From: an uncultured Bacteroidota bacterium | Lineage (GTDB): Bacteria > CLD3 > SB21 | Direction: 5' to 3' | NCBI GenBank assembly: GCA_964415295.1 | Contig: CAYPYN010000004.1 | Location: forward strand, 268,573 to 332,572 | Length of the DNA: 64,000 nucleotides | Shown: positions 9,957-19,650 of the stretch, one piece after another | Numbering within the stretch: the stretch's first letter is position 1 | Layout of the letters: each line of letters starts with the position of its first letter | Notes under the pieces: generated by a model | Told to the model about the DNA's origin: nothing | Database searches by the model: none | Seen by the model: only the letters and a program-made list of their open reading frames with translations | Position numbers and translations under genes: made by a program

Positions 9957-12900
9957 TTAAAACTCATTGGACAACCCTATGAGCCAGCGGAACGCTACGG
10001 ATCGATCGTGACCGTTCTTTTCGGGTTTGCTAACCCAAAAAGGGAACTCGGATCGGATAACATAAGAACCCATCCAGTTTGGCAAAGGCAGCCGGAAAAT
10101 GGCACCCAAACCGCTGTCCATAAGGATACTCCTGTTCAAGTTGTGACGCAAAACTCTATTATCGTTCCACAAAAGTCCGATATCGTAGAATACATAAGGC
10201 ACAAACTGAGTAACAAAAAATATGTTCTTACTCGTGACATAACTGACCGGATTCCGGAACCACAGATCGGCATTGACCGTCATGATTCTTTTTGCAAATA
10301 AATTGGAATCCGCGTAACCGCTCATACTGCCTTCCCCGTCGTAATACACATGACGCGATCCGTCGGATCGGTTCATCCACAAGGCATTGGGTAGGGTTCC
10401 GCGCGATCGGAAAAATTTGTTTTCAAACATCTGTCTTGGCGAAGCGCCGGCTATATAAAAGCGCTCCTGAGGAGGTACGGAACCGGATGCATAGCCTCCG
10501 AACATCGATGGAATCAGTTTCACATGTCTTGGAACCAGATTAATGGGCCATTGACCCGATATGTAAGCCTTCGAAAAGTTCCACTTTGAACCGATTATCG
10601 TGGTTTCGAAGTCGGTTTTGAGCCTCGGAGAATCGTATAAGCGCGTTTGAATGACCCATTCAAGCAAAACAGTGTTGACCCTGCGATTGTCCCAGAAGAT
10701 ACCGGGAACAAGATAGCGCGAGTCGAAAAGATCGCTGGATCTGAAAGCCGTTCGAAACGTGTGTATCGGTGGCCGATAAAGCGTCGTATTATAGAGGCGT
10801 TTCGTAATACCGATGGAATTTTCGGAACGACCTTCCAGCCGGTAACTGCTCATATCCAGGTATATCTGCCGGCCCCAGTTGTATAGCGGTGTCGAATAGC
10901 CGATATCATAATCAACCGTTCTACTATCAATACCGTAATACAGTCCGGCTTTCAAACGGTACTCATCCGTCGCCCATTTGCCGTTGAACTGATACCCGAC
11001 TCGTACTGCGTCTACGCTGTTATACCACACCGAAGGCCTGTGTTCGATCAAGTAGGAATTTAAAGTGGGTGGCACACGGGCCGGCCACTTGAAGCGCCAA
11101 TCCGTTTTTGGCAGGACGGCCGAACTATTATTCATACGGTTCACATCGGGCAGTAACAACGTGGTATCAATATCGACGCGTTTCACACGGTGGTCCAGTT
11201 CCACATACATCCCGTAATCCGTGGACACCTTATTCCAAACCGGCTGCCGTATATAACCCGGTATATCCGGATCGTCCGGATGAGACGGAATGCGGTAAAC
11301 GATCACTGAATCGTTATCCAATGTGAGCGCGACATCGAGAGGCATTTCAATAAAGCCATGGCGTTTGAGAAGGACCTCCGTTTCATAAGAACCCTGATCG
11401 GTCCGCCGGCTTGAAGTTTTTTTGATTGCGTAATCGCATGACTCCGTCGTGTTCAGCCATTCTTCAAACAACCAATCCAGTTCGATGCCCGTCTCCTTTT
11501 CAAAGAACCGTTTCATGTCTTCCGTATACACATGATTCTGACGCCATGTTGCGTAGAACCTTCGCATCAATTCATCCAATTTGTCCCGGCCAAAATAATA
11601 TTGCAGGGTGAACATGAATACCTCGCCCTTATAATACACCGTATAAAGGTGCGACCGATCGCTTTTGAAGAAATCGGCATGTTGCAAGGCTTTTTCTTCG
11701 TAGCCCTGTTTGATCCACCACTCAAGTTCGGCATATGTGGCCGTGCGGGCATCTTCCTTGGGATACCATTTTTGTTGGAACGGCGAAGTATAATCGATAT
11801 TCGCGTACCGGCCAAACAGGTGTTCCATCAATCGGGTTGTATAATAAGAAGTGATCCCCTCATCCAGCCATGCTTCCATCGTCTCGTTATTGGCTATGAG
11901 GCCATAGAACCAATTGTGGGCCATCTCATGCGCGGTCACGCTGGCTAACGATTTCCGGTCCCTGTCTCCCGTGATAAATACGATATTGGGATACTCCATC
12001 CCTCCGTCTCCGGCTTGAGCGATGGTAAAATCCTCATAGGGATATACACCGACGCGCGTATTCATAAAATCCAGGATCTGAACTGTCCAAATTTTCATTT
12101 CTTTCCACTTATCCGCCACATCGGGTTGATACAATAGATGAATACGAACGCCTTGATGATCGACTTTTTCGTAAATATAATCAGGATCGGCGCACCATGC
12201 AAAATCGTGAACTTTTTCCGCGTGATACCGCCAGGTACGGAGCTTTGGACCTTTCTGTTGTTTCATGATTTTTGAAAATTCAGACAGCACAGACTCCAAC
12301 TCCTTATTGGCCGGGGCGGGGCCGGAGTCGTTTCCCGCAAACGCGGATTGAAACAGCCGATCGCCCAGCGTTTCGGCAGGATCTTTGGCCGTCATAGCCC
12401 CAATATCCTCCGCGTTCTGCAGATGGCCGGTGGCTCCAACTACGTAACTCTCAGGCAAAGTTATGCTCACATCGAACGTTGCAAACTCACCGTAGAATTC
12501 GCGTCCCAGATAATAATTACGATGCCAGCCTTTCTGGTCATAGACGCATAATTTCGGATACCACTGCGCCATGGAAAATTCCACACCCTCCCGATTGCGC
12601 CATCCCATGCGGCGCATCAACCACGGTACTTTCAACTCAAAATCCATACTGATGGTTGCAGACACGCCCGGTAGCAGGGGTTCGTCCAACGTAATTTTGA
12701 GGATCGTATCATCGATCTCAAAATCCAAAAAATCCCCTTTGCCATTTCTTACGTCACGTACATTGTTGTAACCCAGGTAACGGTCGTCTAACTGGCTGAT
12801 AAGACTACCGCCCTCGTATTGATTGCGTTCGTTCTGATAAGCTTCCATGTGACTGGTCTTCTTGAACGCATTGACGTACAAGTTGAGATACAGAACCGTC

Positions 12901-13094
12901 AGTGTATCCGGAGAATGATTGGTATATATAATCTTTTCTTTTCCGTAGGCTATGCGTTGTATCGGATCCAGTTCAACGTCGATCCAATAATGGACACTTT
13001 GATGCCAAGATGGAACGTGCGTCTGGGCTTCGACATTTGACCAAGCGGCACAGAGGAAGATTACAGAGCAGGAAATAATGAGTGATCGGTTCAT
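9957..13094 (-). CDS. M1-family zinc metallopeptidase (aminopeptidase N-like) with a long C-terminal extension, secreted
   Basis: HEMAHNWFYG with WLDEG downstream (the gluzincin HEXXH-E signature), a signal peptide, and about 480 extra C-terminal residues. Confidence 0.85.
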   Translation of the reverse strand: MNRSLIISCSVIFLCAAWSNVEAQTHVPSWHQSVHYWIDVELDPIQRIAYGKEKIIYTNHSPDTLTVLYLNLYVNAFKKTSHMEAYQNERNQYEGGSLISQLDDRYLGYNNVRDVRNGKGDFLDFEIDDTILKITLDEPLLPGVSATISMDFELKVPWLMRRMGWRNREGVEFSMAQWYPKLCVYDQKGWHRNYYLGREFYGEFATFDVSITLPESYVVGATGHLQNAEDIGAMTAKDPAETLGDRLFQSAFAGNDSGPAPANKELESVLSEFSKIMKQQKGPKLRTWRYHAEKVHDFAWCADPDYIYEKVDHQGVRIHLLYQPDVADKWKEMKIWTVQILDFMNTRVGVYPYEDFTIAQAGDGGMEYPNIVFITGDRDRKSLASVTAHEMAHNWFYGLIANNETMEAWLDEGITSYYTTRLMEHLFGRYANIDYTSPFQQKWYPKEDARTATYAELEWWIKQGYEEKALQHADFFKSDRSHLYTVYYKGEVFMFTLQYYFGRDKLDELMRRFYATWRQNHVYTEDMKRFFEKETGIELDWLFEEWLNTTESCDYAIKKTSSRRTDQGSYETEVLLKRHGFIEMPLDVALTLDNDSVIVYRIPSHPDDPDIPGYIRQPVWNKVSTDYGMYVELDHRVKRVDIDTTLLLPDVNRMNNSSAVLPKTDWRFKWPARVPPTLNSYLIEHRPSVWYNSVDAVRVGYQFNGKWATDEYRLKAGLYYGIDSRTVDYDIGYSTPLYNWGRQIYLDMSSYRLEGRSENSIGITKRLYNTTLYRPPIHTFRTAFRSSDLFDSRYLVPGIFWDNRRVNTVLLEWVIQTRLYDSPRLKTDFETTIIGSKWNFSKAYISGQWPINLVPRHVKLIPSMFGGYASGSVPPQERFYIAGASPRQMFENKFFRSRGTLPNALWMNRSDGSRHVYYDGEGSMSGYADSNLFAKRIMTVNADLWFRNPVSYVTSKNIFFVTQFVPYVFYDIGLLWNDNRVLRHNLNRSILMDSGLGAIFRLPLPNWMGSYVIRSEFPFWVSKPEKNGHDRSVAFRWLIGLSNEF

Positions 13095-13119
13095 ACTACG
13101 CTTTCAACAAAAAAAAAGT

Positions 13120-13150
13120 CTCACGTTAAACGGGAGACTTACTATCAGAA
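13120..13150 (-). terminator. Rho-independent terminator of the STAS-domain gene
   Basis: AGTCTC...GAGACT hairpin, with T8 following on the minus strand (A8 at 13121-13128 on the plus strand). Confidence 0.45.
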
Positions 13151-13194
13151 CAGATTATTAATTGACGTAACGCGGAATACTCGGCTTTTTGCTT

Positions 13195-13896
13195 TTAACG
13201 TTTGATGGATTTCAGTTTTTTTCGGATCTCGAACCATCCAACGCTGGTATAGCTGTATTCCGACGAATTAAGCACCTTTTTCAATTGCCACGCACCCAAG
13301 TGAGGGTACTTGGATACGGCATGACGAATTTTCTCTTCAACGGTCATGTCGTCCACATCGGCTTCTTTTTCTTTGAGCATTGCCGCTTTGGCTTCCAACT
13401 CATCGTCTTCATCCTCCTCAACCGGCTGCGTCATTTTAACGGCCGTTTGCGTTGGCACCGGCGTTGGAGCCGGCGAAGTAACGGCAACCGTTTCTTTCAC
13501 AGCGGCCGGCTTTGCGGAGGCGGTCAGGGTGCCCCCCGATTCCTTAACAAAGGCGTCAACCGCATCATCAATAGTATCGTACGCTTTTAGGATATAATGG
13601 AATTCCAGCAACTCAAATACTTCATACACCTCAGGAATCATGCGCACCAGTTTGAGGTCTCCGCTATTCTCTTTAATGCCTTTGATCTCGCTTATGAAAA
13701 TACCCCAGCCGGCCGAACTGATGTAGTCCACATCCCCTAAATCCACTATAATACGGAATTGGTTCTTTTTCAAAAGCGAACTCAGCGCACGCTCCAACTC
13801 GGAAGAGGTCGTCGTATCAATATAACCGCCCACCTTAATCACTCCGATAGAATCGCCGGGTCCGGTATATTTGATCGTCGTCTGGATACCTTCCAT
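13195..13896 (-). CDS. STAS-domain protein (anti-sigma-factor-antagonist-like) with a Pro/Thr-rich linker and an extra C-terminal domain
   Basis: The N-terminal 110 aa match the SpoIIAA/STAS fold (…DLGDVDYISSAGWG…). A further 120 aa follow. Confidence 0.65.
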   Translation of the reverse strand: MEGIQTTIKYTGPGDSIGVIKVGGYIDTTTSSELERALSSLLKKNQFRIIVDLGDVDYISSAGWGIFISEIKGIKENSGDLKLVRMIPEVYEVFELLEFHYILKAYDTIDDAVDAFVKESGGTLTASAKPAAVKETVAVTSPAPTPVPTQTAVKMTQPVEEDEDDELEAKAAMLKEKEADVDDMTVEEKIRHAVSKYPHLGAWQLKKVLNSSEYSYTSVGWFEIRKKLKSIKR

Positions 13897-14136
13897 AATT
13901 ATAACTCCCTATGTTGCGGTTGGAAAAACGTTCTCATCCTTGAGGGATTCAGTTCTACTGGCTTGTTGTGTGCAATTAACATAACAGAATTTTGATAAAG
14001 ACGCAAGTTTTTTATTCTTTTAGACCTTACGCAACGCCATTCTAAATTTCCATTTGTCTTTTTACAAAAAAATGAGTAACTTTTCGCCGTTATTCACTCG
14101 TGACATGTACCAAGATTCCACTTCCAGAGGATGTGA

Positions 14137-15150
14137 ATGTCTGAACTGCGCAAGGATCCGATTGTAAGTCGTTGGGTGATTATTTCTGAGGAGAGGGGCA
14201 AACGCCCATCCGATTTTGGTCCCGAAGAAAAAAGCGTAAAAGTCATGCATTGCCCTTTTTGCGAGGGAAATGAGCACACAACGCCGCAGGAAGTCATGGC
14301 CTACCGCCCGCCCAATTCCGAACGCAATAAGCCGGGCTGGTATCTGCGCGTCGTCCCAAACAAATTTCCAGCCCTGCAGATCGAGGGAGAAATCAACCCC
14401 CGCGGTGAAGGTATTTTTGACCTCATGCACGGCATCGGAGCGCACGAAGTGATCATCGAGACCCCTCATCACCAGAAAAGTATTACGGATCTCAACGATA
14501 CAGAGTTCGGTAATATCCTGTATGCGTACCGTGACCGTATTCTGGACCTCAAGCGTGATGCCCGTTTTAAATATATTCTTATATTCAAAAACCAAGGTTC
14601 AGCTGCGGGCGCTACGGTCGACCATACGCATTCCCAATTAATAGCCACACCGGTCGTTCCAAAGGCCGTACTGGAGGAACTCATTGGCGCCAAGCATCAC
14701 TACGATCTGAAAGAACGATGCATCTATTGCGATGTGATACGGCAGGAGATCACACAGTCCAAGCGCGTGGTCATGGAAAACGACAAATTTTTGTCGCTCG
14801 CGCCTTTTGCGGCCCGCTTCCCTTTTGAGACTTGGATCCTGCCGAAACAGCACCAAAGCCACTTTGAGATGCAGCCCGACGGGCATTACTTGGCATTGGC
14901 CCAGATATTCAAGGAAACGCTGCAACGATTGAATATGGCTCTGGATCATCCGCCGTATAATTACGTTCTTCATACGGCCCCGGTTAATCGCGGCGATGAC
15001 ACCAATACATACCATTGGCATATCGAGATCATGCCCAAGCTGACTAAAGTGGCCGGCTTCGAATGGGGCAGCGGTTTTTTTATTAATCCCACCCCGCCCG
15101 AGAATGCGGCCGAGTTTCTCCGTCAGGTTTCACTTGCCCAACATCATTGA
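14137..15150 (+). CDS. galT: Galactose-1-phosphate uridylyltransferase-like HIT-family nucleotidyltransferase
   Basis: Zinc site CPFCEGNEH and the HxHxQ motif DHTHSQL; about 337 aa. Confidence 0.75.
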   Translation: MSELRKDPIVSRWVIISEERGKRPSDFGPEEKSVKVMHCPFCEGNEHTTPQEVMAYRPPNSERNKPGWYLRVVPNKFPALQIEGEINPRGEGIFDLMHGIGAHEVIIETPHHQKSITDLNDTEFGNILYAYRDRILDLKRDARFKYILIFKNQGSAAGATVDHTHSQLIATPVVPKAVLEELIGAKHHYDLKERCIYCDVIRQEITQSKRVVMENDKFLSLAPFAARFPFETWILPKQHQSHFEMQPDGHYLALAQIFKETLQRLNMALDHPPYNYVLHTAPVNRGDDTNTYHWHIEIMPKLTKVAGFEWGSGFFINPTPPENAAEFLRQVSLAQHH

Positions 15151-15166
15151 GCGCAATCAGGAGTTC

Positions 15167-16636
15167 ATGTATATGAAAAAATCCAAGATCTTCTTCGTGT
15201 CCGCTGAAGTTTATCCGTTCGTCAAAGGAGGCCGAGGCGCCGAATTTGCCGGTTCCCTGCCACCGTACCTGCAGGCGTTGGGACATGAAGTCCGTGTCCT
15301 CATGCCCAAATACAGCCTGATCAACGAGAGAAAGCACATCATCCGGGACATTATCCGGCTCAAAGATATTCCCATTCCCATGCCCGGCGGTCCGATGACC
15401 GTATCGGTAAAATCGGGATTTATTCCGGAGACCAAGACCCAGATCTACTTTGCGGATTCGGATAAATATTTCAAACGCTCCGACCTCTACCGTGATATCC
15501 GTACCGGGCTTTTCTTCAAGGATAACGACGAGCGTTTTATTTTCCTGGCCAAAGTGGCTATCGAAACCCTCAAGACACTCGGCTGGCAGCCCGACATCGT
15601 CCATTGCTGCGACTGGCCGACAGGCCTTTTGCCGGCAATGATCCGCGACGAACAGAAGAAGAATAACTTCTTTAAGAAGACGATCGTCACCTTCTCCATT
15701 AATGAGATGAACGAAACCGGATTGTACGACAAGTCCGTGTTTGATAAAATGATGGTTTCCGAGAATCACGTGGACAGGGAAAAGTGCCTTTTCAAGAACA
15801 AACTTAGTTTCTTGAAGACAGGTATTACTTTCGCAGATACGGTCACCGTGCCGTATACCCGCAAAGAATTGAAAAACATCGGCAGACCTTCTAACGATTT
15901 TGAATCGATCGTGGCCCAGTGTAAATCGGTTGTTGACGTGCCTTTTGCCGGGGATCACAACTTGTGGAATCCGGCCAATAACAACACTCTGTACAAATCT
16001 TACACGGCCGATAAGCTGGAGCGCAAACAAACCAATAAAGAAGGTTTCCTTAAGGATAAAAGAACAGGTTTTTCGGATGACAGACTGATTATCGGTATCT
16101 TGGCTGAACAGATTGAAAGCCAGCAAAAGGCGATCGCCCAATTTCTAAAAGTCCTGAAAGATATTCCCCTGCAGTTTTTCATCATCGGTGACCAGAATCC
16201 AGGCTCACTCGGATCCATAAAAGCCGCCATGGCCAAGAATCACGTTCACAAGATTTTCACATATCATGATCCGGACGATCAATTCCGCCACAATTTCTTT
16301 GCGGTTTGCGATCTTTTCTATGTGCCTCCTACCGACGGCTTCAGCGAACTGTATTATCTCAACGGCATACATTACGGCGCCATACCCTTACTTCCACTGC
16401 ACACCCAAGTCACCGCTCTATTCGACAGTATCAAAGAAAAAAGCCACAACGGTAACGCTTTTATTTTTTCGGACGATAAAGAGCTTGTGAAACGCGTGGC
16501 CGGGGCCGTGGAGTTGTACAAAGAAAAGGATAAGTGGGAAGCATTGGTCAAACGGATCATGAAGACCGACCTGAGCTGGAATAAATTCACTTCTCCCATT
16601 ATCAAATTATACGAGCGGTCTTTGGCCAAACTCTGA
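15167..16636 (+). CDS. glgA: Glycogen (starch) synthase
   Basis: N-terminus KIFFVSAEVYPFVKGGRGAEFAGSLP and a GT5 family fold. The start was moved to the Met just after the galT stop. Confidence 0.8.
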   Translation: MYMKKSKIFFVSAEVYPFVKGGRGAEFAGSLPPYLQALGHEVRVLMPKYSLINERKHIIRDIIRLKDIPIPMPGGPMTVSVKSGFIPETKTQIYFADSDKYFKRSDLYRDIRTGLFFKDNDERFIFLAKVAIETLKTLGWQPDIVHCCDWPTGLLPAMIRDEQKKNNFFKKTIVTFSINEMNETGLYDKSVFDKMMVSENHVDREKCLFKNKLSFLKTGITFADTVTVPYTRKELKNIGRPSNDFESIVAQCKSVVDVPFAGDHNLWNPANNNTLYKSYTADKLERKQTNKEGFLKDKRTGFSDDRLIIGILAEQIESQQKAIAQFLKVLKDIPLQFFIIGDQNPGSLGSIKAAMAKNHVHKIFTYHDPDDQFRHNFFAVCDLFYVPPTDGFSELYYLNGIHYGAIPLLPLHTQVTALFDSIKEKSHNGNAFIFSDDKELVKRVAGAVELYKEKDKWEALVKRIMKTDLSWNKFTSPIIKLYERSLAKL

Positions 16637-16657
16637 CGCGCGGCCCGGAAAGGATCC

Positions 16658-18427
16658 ATGAGGACCATTTTTCTGTTTACCCTTTTCTTATTACCCTTTC
16701 AACACCATTACGCACAGGACGAAGCGTTTCATTATACCGTGGAAATCAGCAGTCCACAATCGGATCGCATCGGTATAACGCTTGAGTTTCCGCCTTTCGG
16801 CGAGAAAAATACGTCATTCTTCATGCCCGCCTGGTCACCGGGGAACTATGAGATCTGTGATTTCGGCCGTTGGGTTGAAGGTCTGCAGGCCTTTGACTCA
16901 GGCGGTGCGGCGCTGGAAGTGCAAAGAAGAAATGTCAACGAATGGTTTATCCCGAACGCCCGTTATCTCTGCAGGATCACCTATTTTGCCCGAGATATTC
17001 CGGAAGACAGCCTGGATACGCTGCCGACCACACTTAGCGAAATGGACAAAGATTTTGTCTATTTCAACGGCCCAGCCGTCTTCGGTTATCTGAAGAATAA
17101 CAAATCCCGATCATACGCCGTTTCTTACAAACTGCCTCCGGATTGGCGTGTCTGGTGCGGATTGGAAAAGAAAGACTATTTTTCGTTTGCGGCTCCTTCC
17201 TACGACAGACTGATTGACTCCCCTGTCCTCGCCGGCGGTTCAAGAATCCGAATCGATAAGTTCGATCTGGATTCCGTGAAATATACCATGGCCGTCAATT
17301 CCGAATCCGATGTATCGATGGATTCGCTGATACACTTCACCAAGCAATGCATCCAGTATCAGATCCGCTTTTTCGGTAAAGCACCTTTCAACGAATACCT
17401 ATTCCTGTTCAATTTCTCATCGGCCAATATCCGGTACGGCGCGCTGGAACATCTCAATTCATCCGCTTATTTCCTGCCGCCGCCCAGCCGTCAGGGCGCC
17501 TTGCGTAATAGTTTCTATACGCGTGTGATCGCGCACGAGTTCTTTCATGTTTGGAATCCGAAAATCATCTTTCCGAAAGAGTTGAGCAATTTTGATTATC
17601 AAGACTCCGTAAGACTGACTTCGATGTGGTTCATCGAAGGGTTGACCGAGTACTACGCCAAATTGACCTTGGTCCGTTCGGGTCTTCTTCCGGCCTCGCA
17701 TTTATATGAAGAAATGAAAAATATAGCGCTGTCGGATACCCGCGACGATCTGGAATACCTCAGCCTGAGAGCCGCTCAGTTGGGTGTGGCGTCATCCATG
17801 TACACCAAAGGGGCTTTGATCGCCTACTTTATGGACATCGAATGCCGAGACAAGACGGACAACAAGAAATCGCTTGATGACGCTGTCCTTTATTTGTTAA
17901 AAGAATACGGACAAAAGAAGAGAGCATACCAAGACCGCAAACTGATTCAGATCATCAAGGATGCTACGGGTGTGGATTTCAAGAGCTTTTACAAAAAATA
18001 TATAAAAGCGAAAGAAACGATACCGGTGGCGGACTATTTTGAAAAGGGCGGTCTGAGTTACGAGTACGAATATCCGGCTTATTACGGCTGGTATTTCGAT
18101 GTCGATGACGAGGGTCAGCTATTCGTATCTACGGTCTCAGACAATTCGACGGCCAGCGCGCTGGGTCTGCAGTCCGGAGATATTGTAAAAGAAATCCAAA
18201 ACCATCCCATCGGGACCGATCTGGATGAAACGCGAATTTTTGTACAATCCGCAGAAAGCCTGAAGGTCGGAGAAATTATCCGTTTTCTGGTGGAACGAAA
18301 CGGAACACTGACGGAACTCAGAGGTACGATCAAAAGCGGTACCAACCCCAATGTGGTCATTCGAGAAAACCCCAAAGCTACGGCTAAACAGGCCGCCATC
18401 AGAAAGAGTATCGTTGAAAGTAAATAA
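16658..18427 (+). CDS. M61-family (glycyl aminopeptidase-like) metallopeptidase with a C-terminal PDZ domain
   Basis: HEFFHVWNPK motif, a signal peptide, and a PDZ-like GLQSGDIVKEI segment. Confidence 0.75.
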   Translation: MRTIFLFTLFLLPFQHHYAQDEAFHYTVEISSPQSDRIGITLEFPPFGEKNTSFFMPAWSPGNYEICDFGRWVEGLQAFDSGGAALEVQRRNVNEWFIPNARYLCRITYFARDIPEDSLDTLPTTLSEMDKDFVYFNGPAVFGYLKNNKSRSYAVSYKLPPDWRVWCGLEKKDYFSFAAPSYDRLIDSPVLAGGSRIRIDKFDLDSVKYTMAVNSESDVSMDSLIHFTKQCIQYQIRFFGKAPFNEYLFLFNFSSANIRYGALEHLNSSAYFLPPPSRQGALRNSFYTRVIAHEFFHVWNPKIIFPKELSNFDYQDSVRLTSMWFIEGLTEYYAKLTLVRSGLLPASHLYEEMKNIALSDTRDDLEYLSLRAAQLGVASSMYTKGALIAYFMDIECRDKTDNKKSLDDAVLYLLKEYGQKKRAYQDRKLIQIIKDATGVDFKSFYKKYIKAKETIPVADYFEKGGLSYEYEYPAYYGWYFDVDDEGQLFVSTVSDNSTASALGLQSGDIVKEIQNHPIGTDLDETRIFVQSAESLKVGEIIRFLVERNGTLTELRGTIKSGTNPNVVIRENPKATAKQAAIRKSIVESK

Positions 18428-18484
18428 TTGTTGCCTCTGAATAATTGAGAAGCTATATTGGGCGGCGAAAAAACGAAACGCATT

Positions 18485-18730
18485 ATGTTAACAGCCAAAA
18501 TCAAAGTCATGCCTAAAGCCACCGTACTTGATCCTCAGGGTAAGGTGGTGATGCAGTCCCTCGAAACGATGGGTTTCCAAGGCATTGAAGACGTACGCCT
18601 GGGAAAGTATATTGAGATTAGATTAGACAACATGACCAAGCCGGAAGCTGAGAAATACGTGGACGAGATGTGCCGGAAGCTTTTGGCCAATTTAGTGATA
18701 GAAAGTTATCAATTCGAAATAGCACAGTGA
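18485..18730 (+). CDS. purS: Phosphoribosylformylglycinamidine synthase subunit PurS
   Basis: 81 aa reading KIKVMPKATVLDPQGKVV…, a typical PurS sequence. Confidence 0.8.
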   Translation: MLTAKIKVMPKATVLDPQGKVVMQSLETMGFQGIEDVRLGKYIEIRLDNMTKPEAEKYVDEMCRKLLANLVIESYQFEIAQ

Positions 18731-18735
18731 GATGA

Positions 18736-18810
18736 CGGGGTGTAGCGCAGCCCGGTTAGCGCGCTCGGTTCGGGACCGAGAGGTCGGGAGTTCAAATCTC
18801 CCCACCCCGA
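18736..18810 (+). tRNA. tRNA-Pro (anticodon CGG)
   Basis: Cloverleaf folded by hand. Acceptor CGGGGTG/CACCCCG, D stem GCGC/GCGC, anticodon stem CTCGG/CCGAG with loop TTCGGGA, T stem GGGAG/CTCCC with loop TTCAAAT, and discriminator A. CCA is not encoded. Confidence 0.85.
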
Positions 18811-18863
18811 CAAATGTTTGATCCCGGTTTATTCATTCCTGCTTTACTTCACGCTCCGCGCAC

Positions 18864-19544
18864 ATGAATTCATTTATCAAAAAAGTCTGGACGATCTTTG
18901 ATAAGGACTTTCTTACAGAACGCCGTACCAAAGAATCTTTCAGTGCGATGTTCGTTTTCGGCGTGCTGGTGCTGGTTATATTCAATTTCACCATGAACCC
19001 TGATACGGAACAGACTCTCCAGATCGGACCGGGCATATTGTGGGTCGCATTCACTTTTGCCGGTACTTTAGGTCTCAACCGAGCCTTCGCAGGAGAGAGT
19101 GAAAACGGGAATTTCCAGGCCTTAATGATGCTTCCTGTAGATAAGGGCGCGATCTACCTTGGCAAACTGCTTTCCGGCTGCGTATTTATGTTTGTCACAG
19201 AGCTTTTCATACTGCCCTTATTCATTCTATTCTTTAATTTATCTATCCTTCAGGAAATACCATCCCTGCTCCTTATCTGCTTTCTGGGAACCCTGGGATT
19301 CATAGGCACCGGAACTATCTTCTCAGCTATTTCCATGAACACCAAAATGCGAGAAGTTCTTTTGCCCGTATTGTTATTTCCGGTGGCCATACCCTCGATC
19401 ATCGCTTCTGTGGAAGCCACGGGAATCATTCTCCGCGGCGAAACACTTGCCGATGCGGCCGATTGGATCAAGATACTTGTGGCCTTCGATCTCGTAGTGA
19501 TCATTACCTCCTTCCTTACCTTTGAATACGTTCTGGAAGAATAG
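18864..19544 (+). CDS. ccmB: Haem exporter protein B (CcmB family, cytochrome c maturation)
   Basis: 226 aa with six predicted TM helices. Collinear with E. coli CcmB (…GPGILWVAFTFAGTLGLNRAF…QALMMLPV…). Confidence 0.75.
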   Translation: MNSFIKKVWTIFDKDFLTERRTKESFSAMFVFGVLVLVIFNFTMNPDTEQTLQIGPGILWVAFTFAGTLGLNRAFAGESENGNFQALMMLPVDKGAIYLGKLLSGCVFMFVTELFILPLFILFFNLSILQEIPSLLLICFLGTLGFIGTGTIFSAISMNTKMREVLLPVLLFPVAIPSIIASVEATGIILRGETLADAADWIKILVAFDLVVIITSFLTFEYVLEE

Positions 19545-19650
19545 TGAATTTCTTCCCGTTATCCTCACAAATTCCTTGCAATAAAATCAAATTTTAGTTA
19601 AATAGACACCCCCAAAAAGGATAGTTTACATTTTTTTATTAACTAAAGGA

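Noticed and set aside
15083-16141. 352-aa ORF on the minus strand
   Set aside because: It is entirely antisense to glgA, which has clear family features. The ORF is low-complexity with no motif, so it is a shadow ORF.
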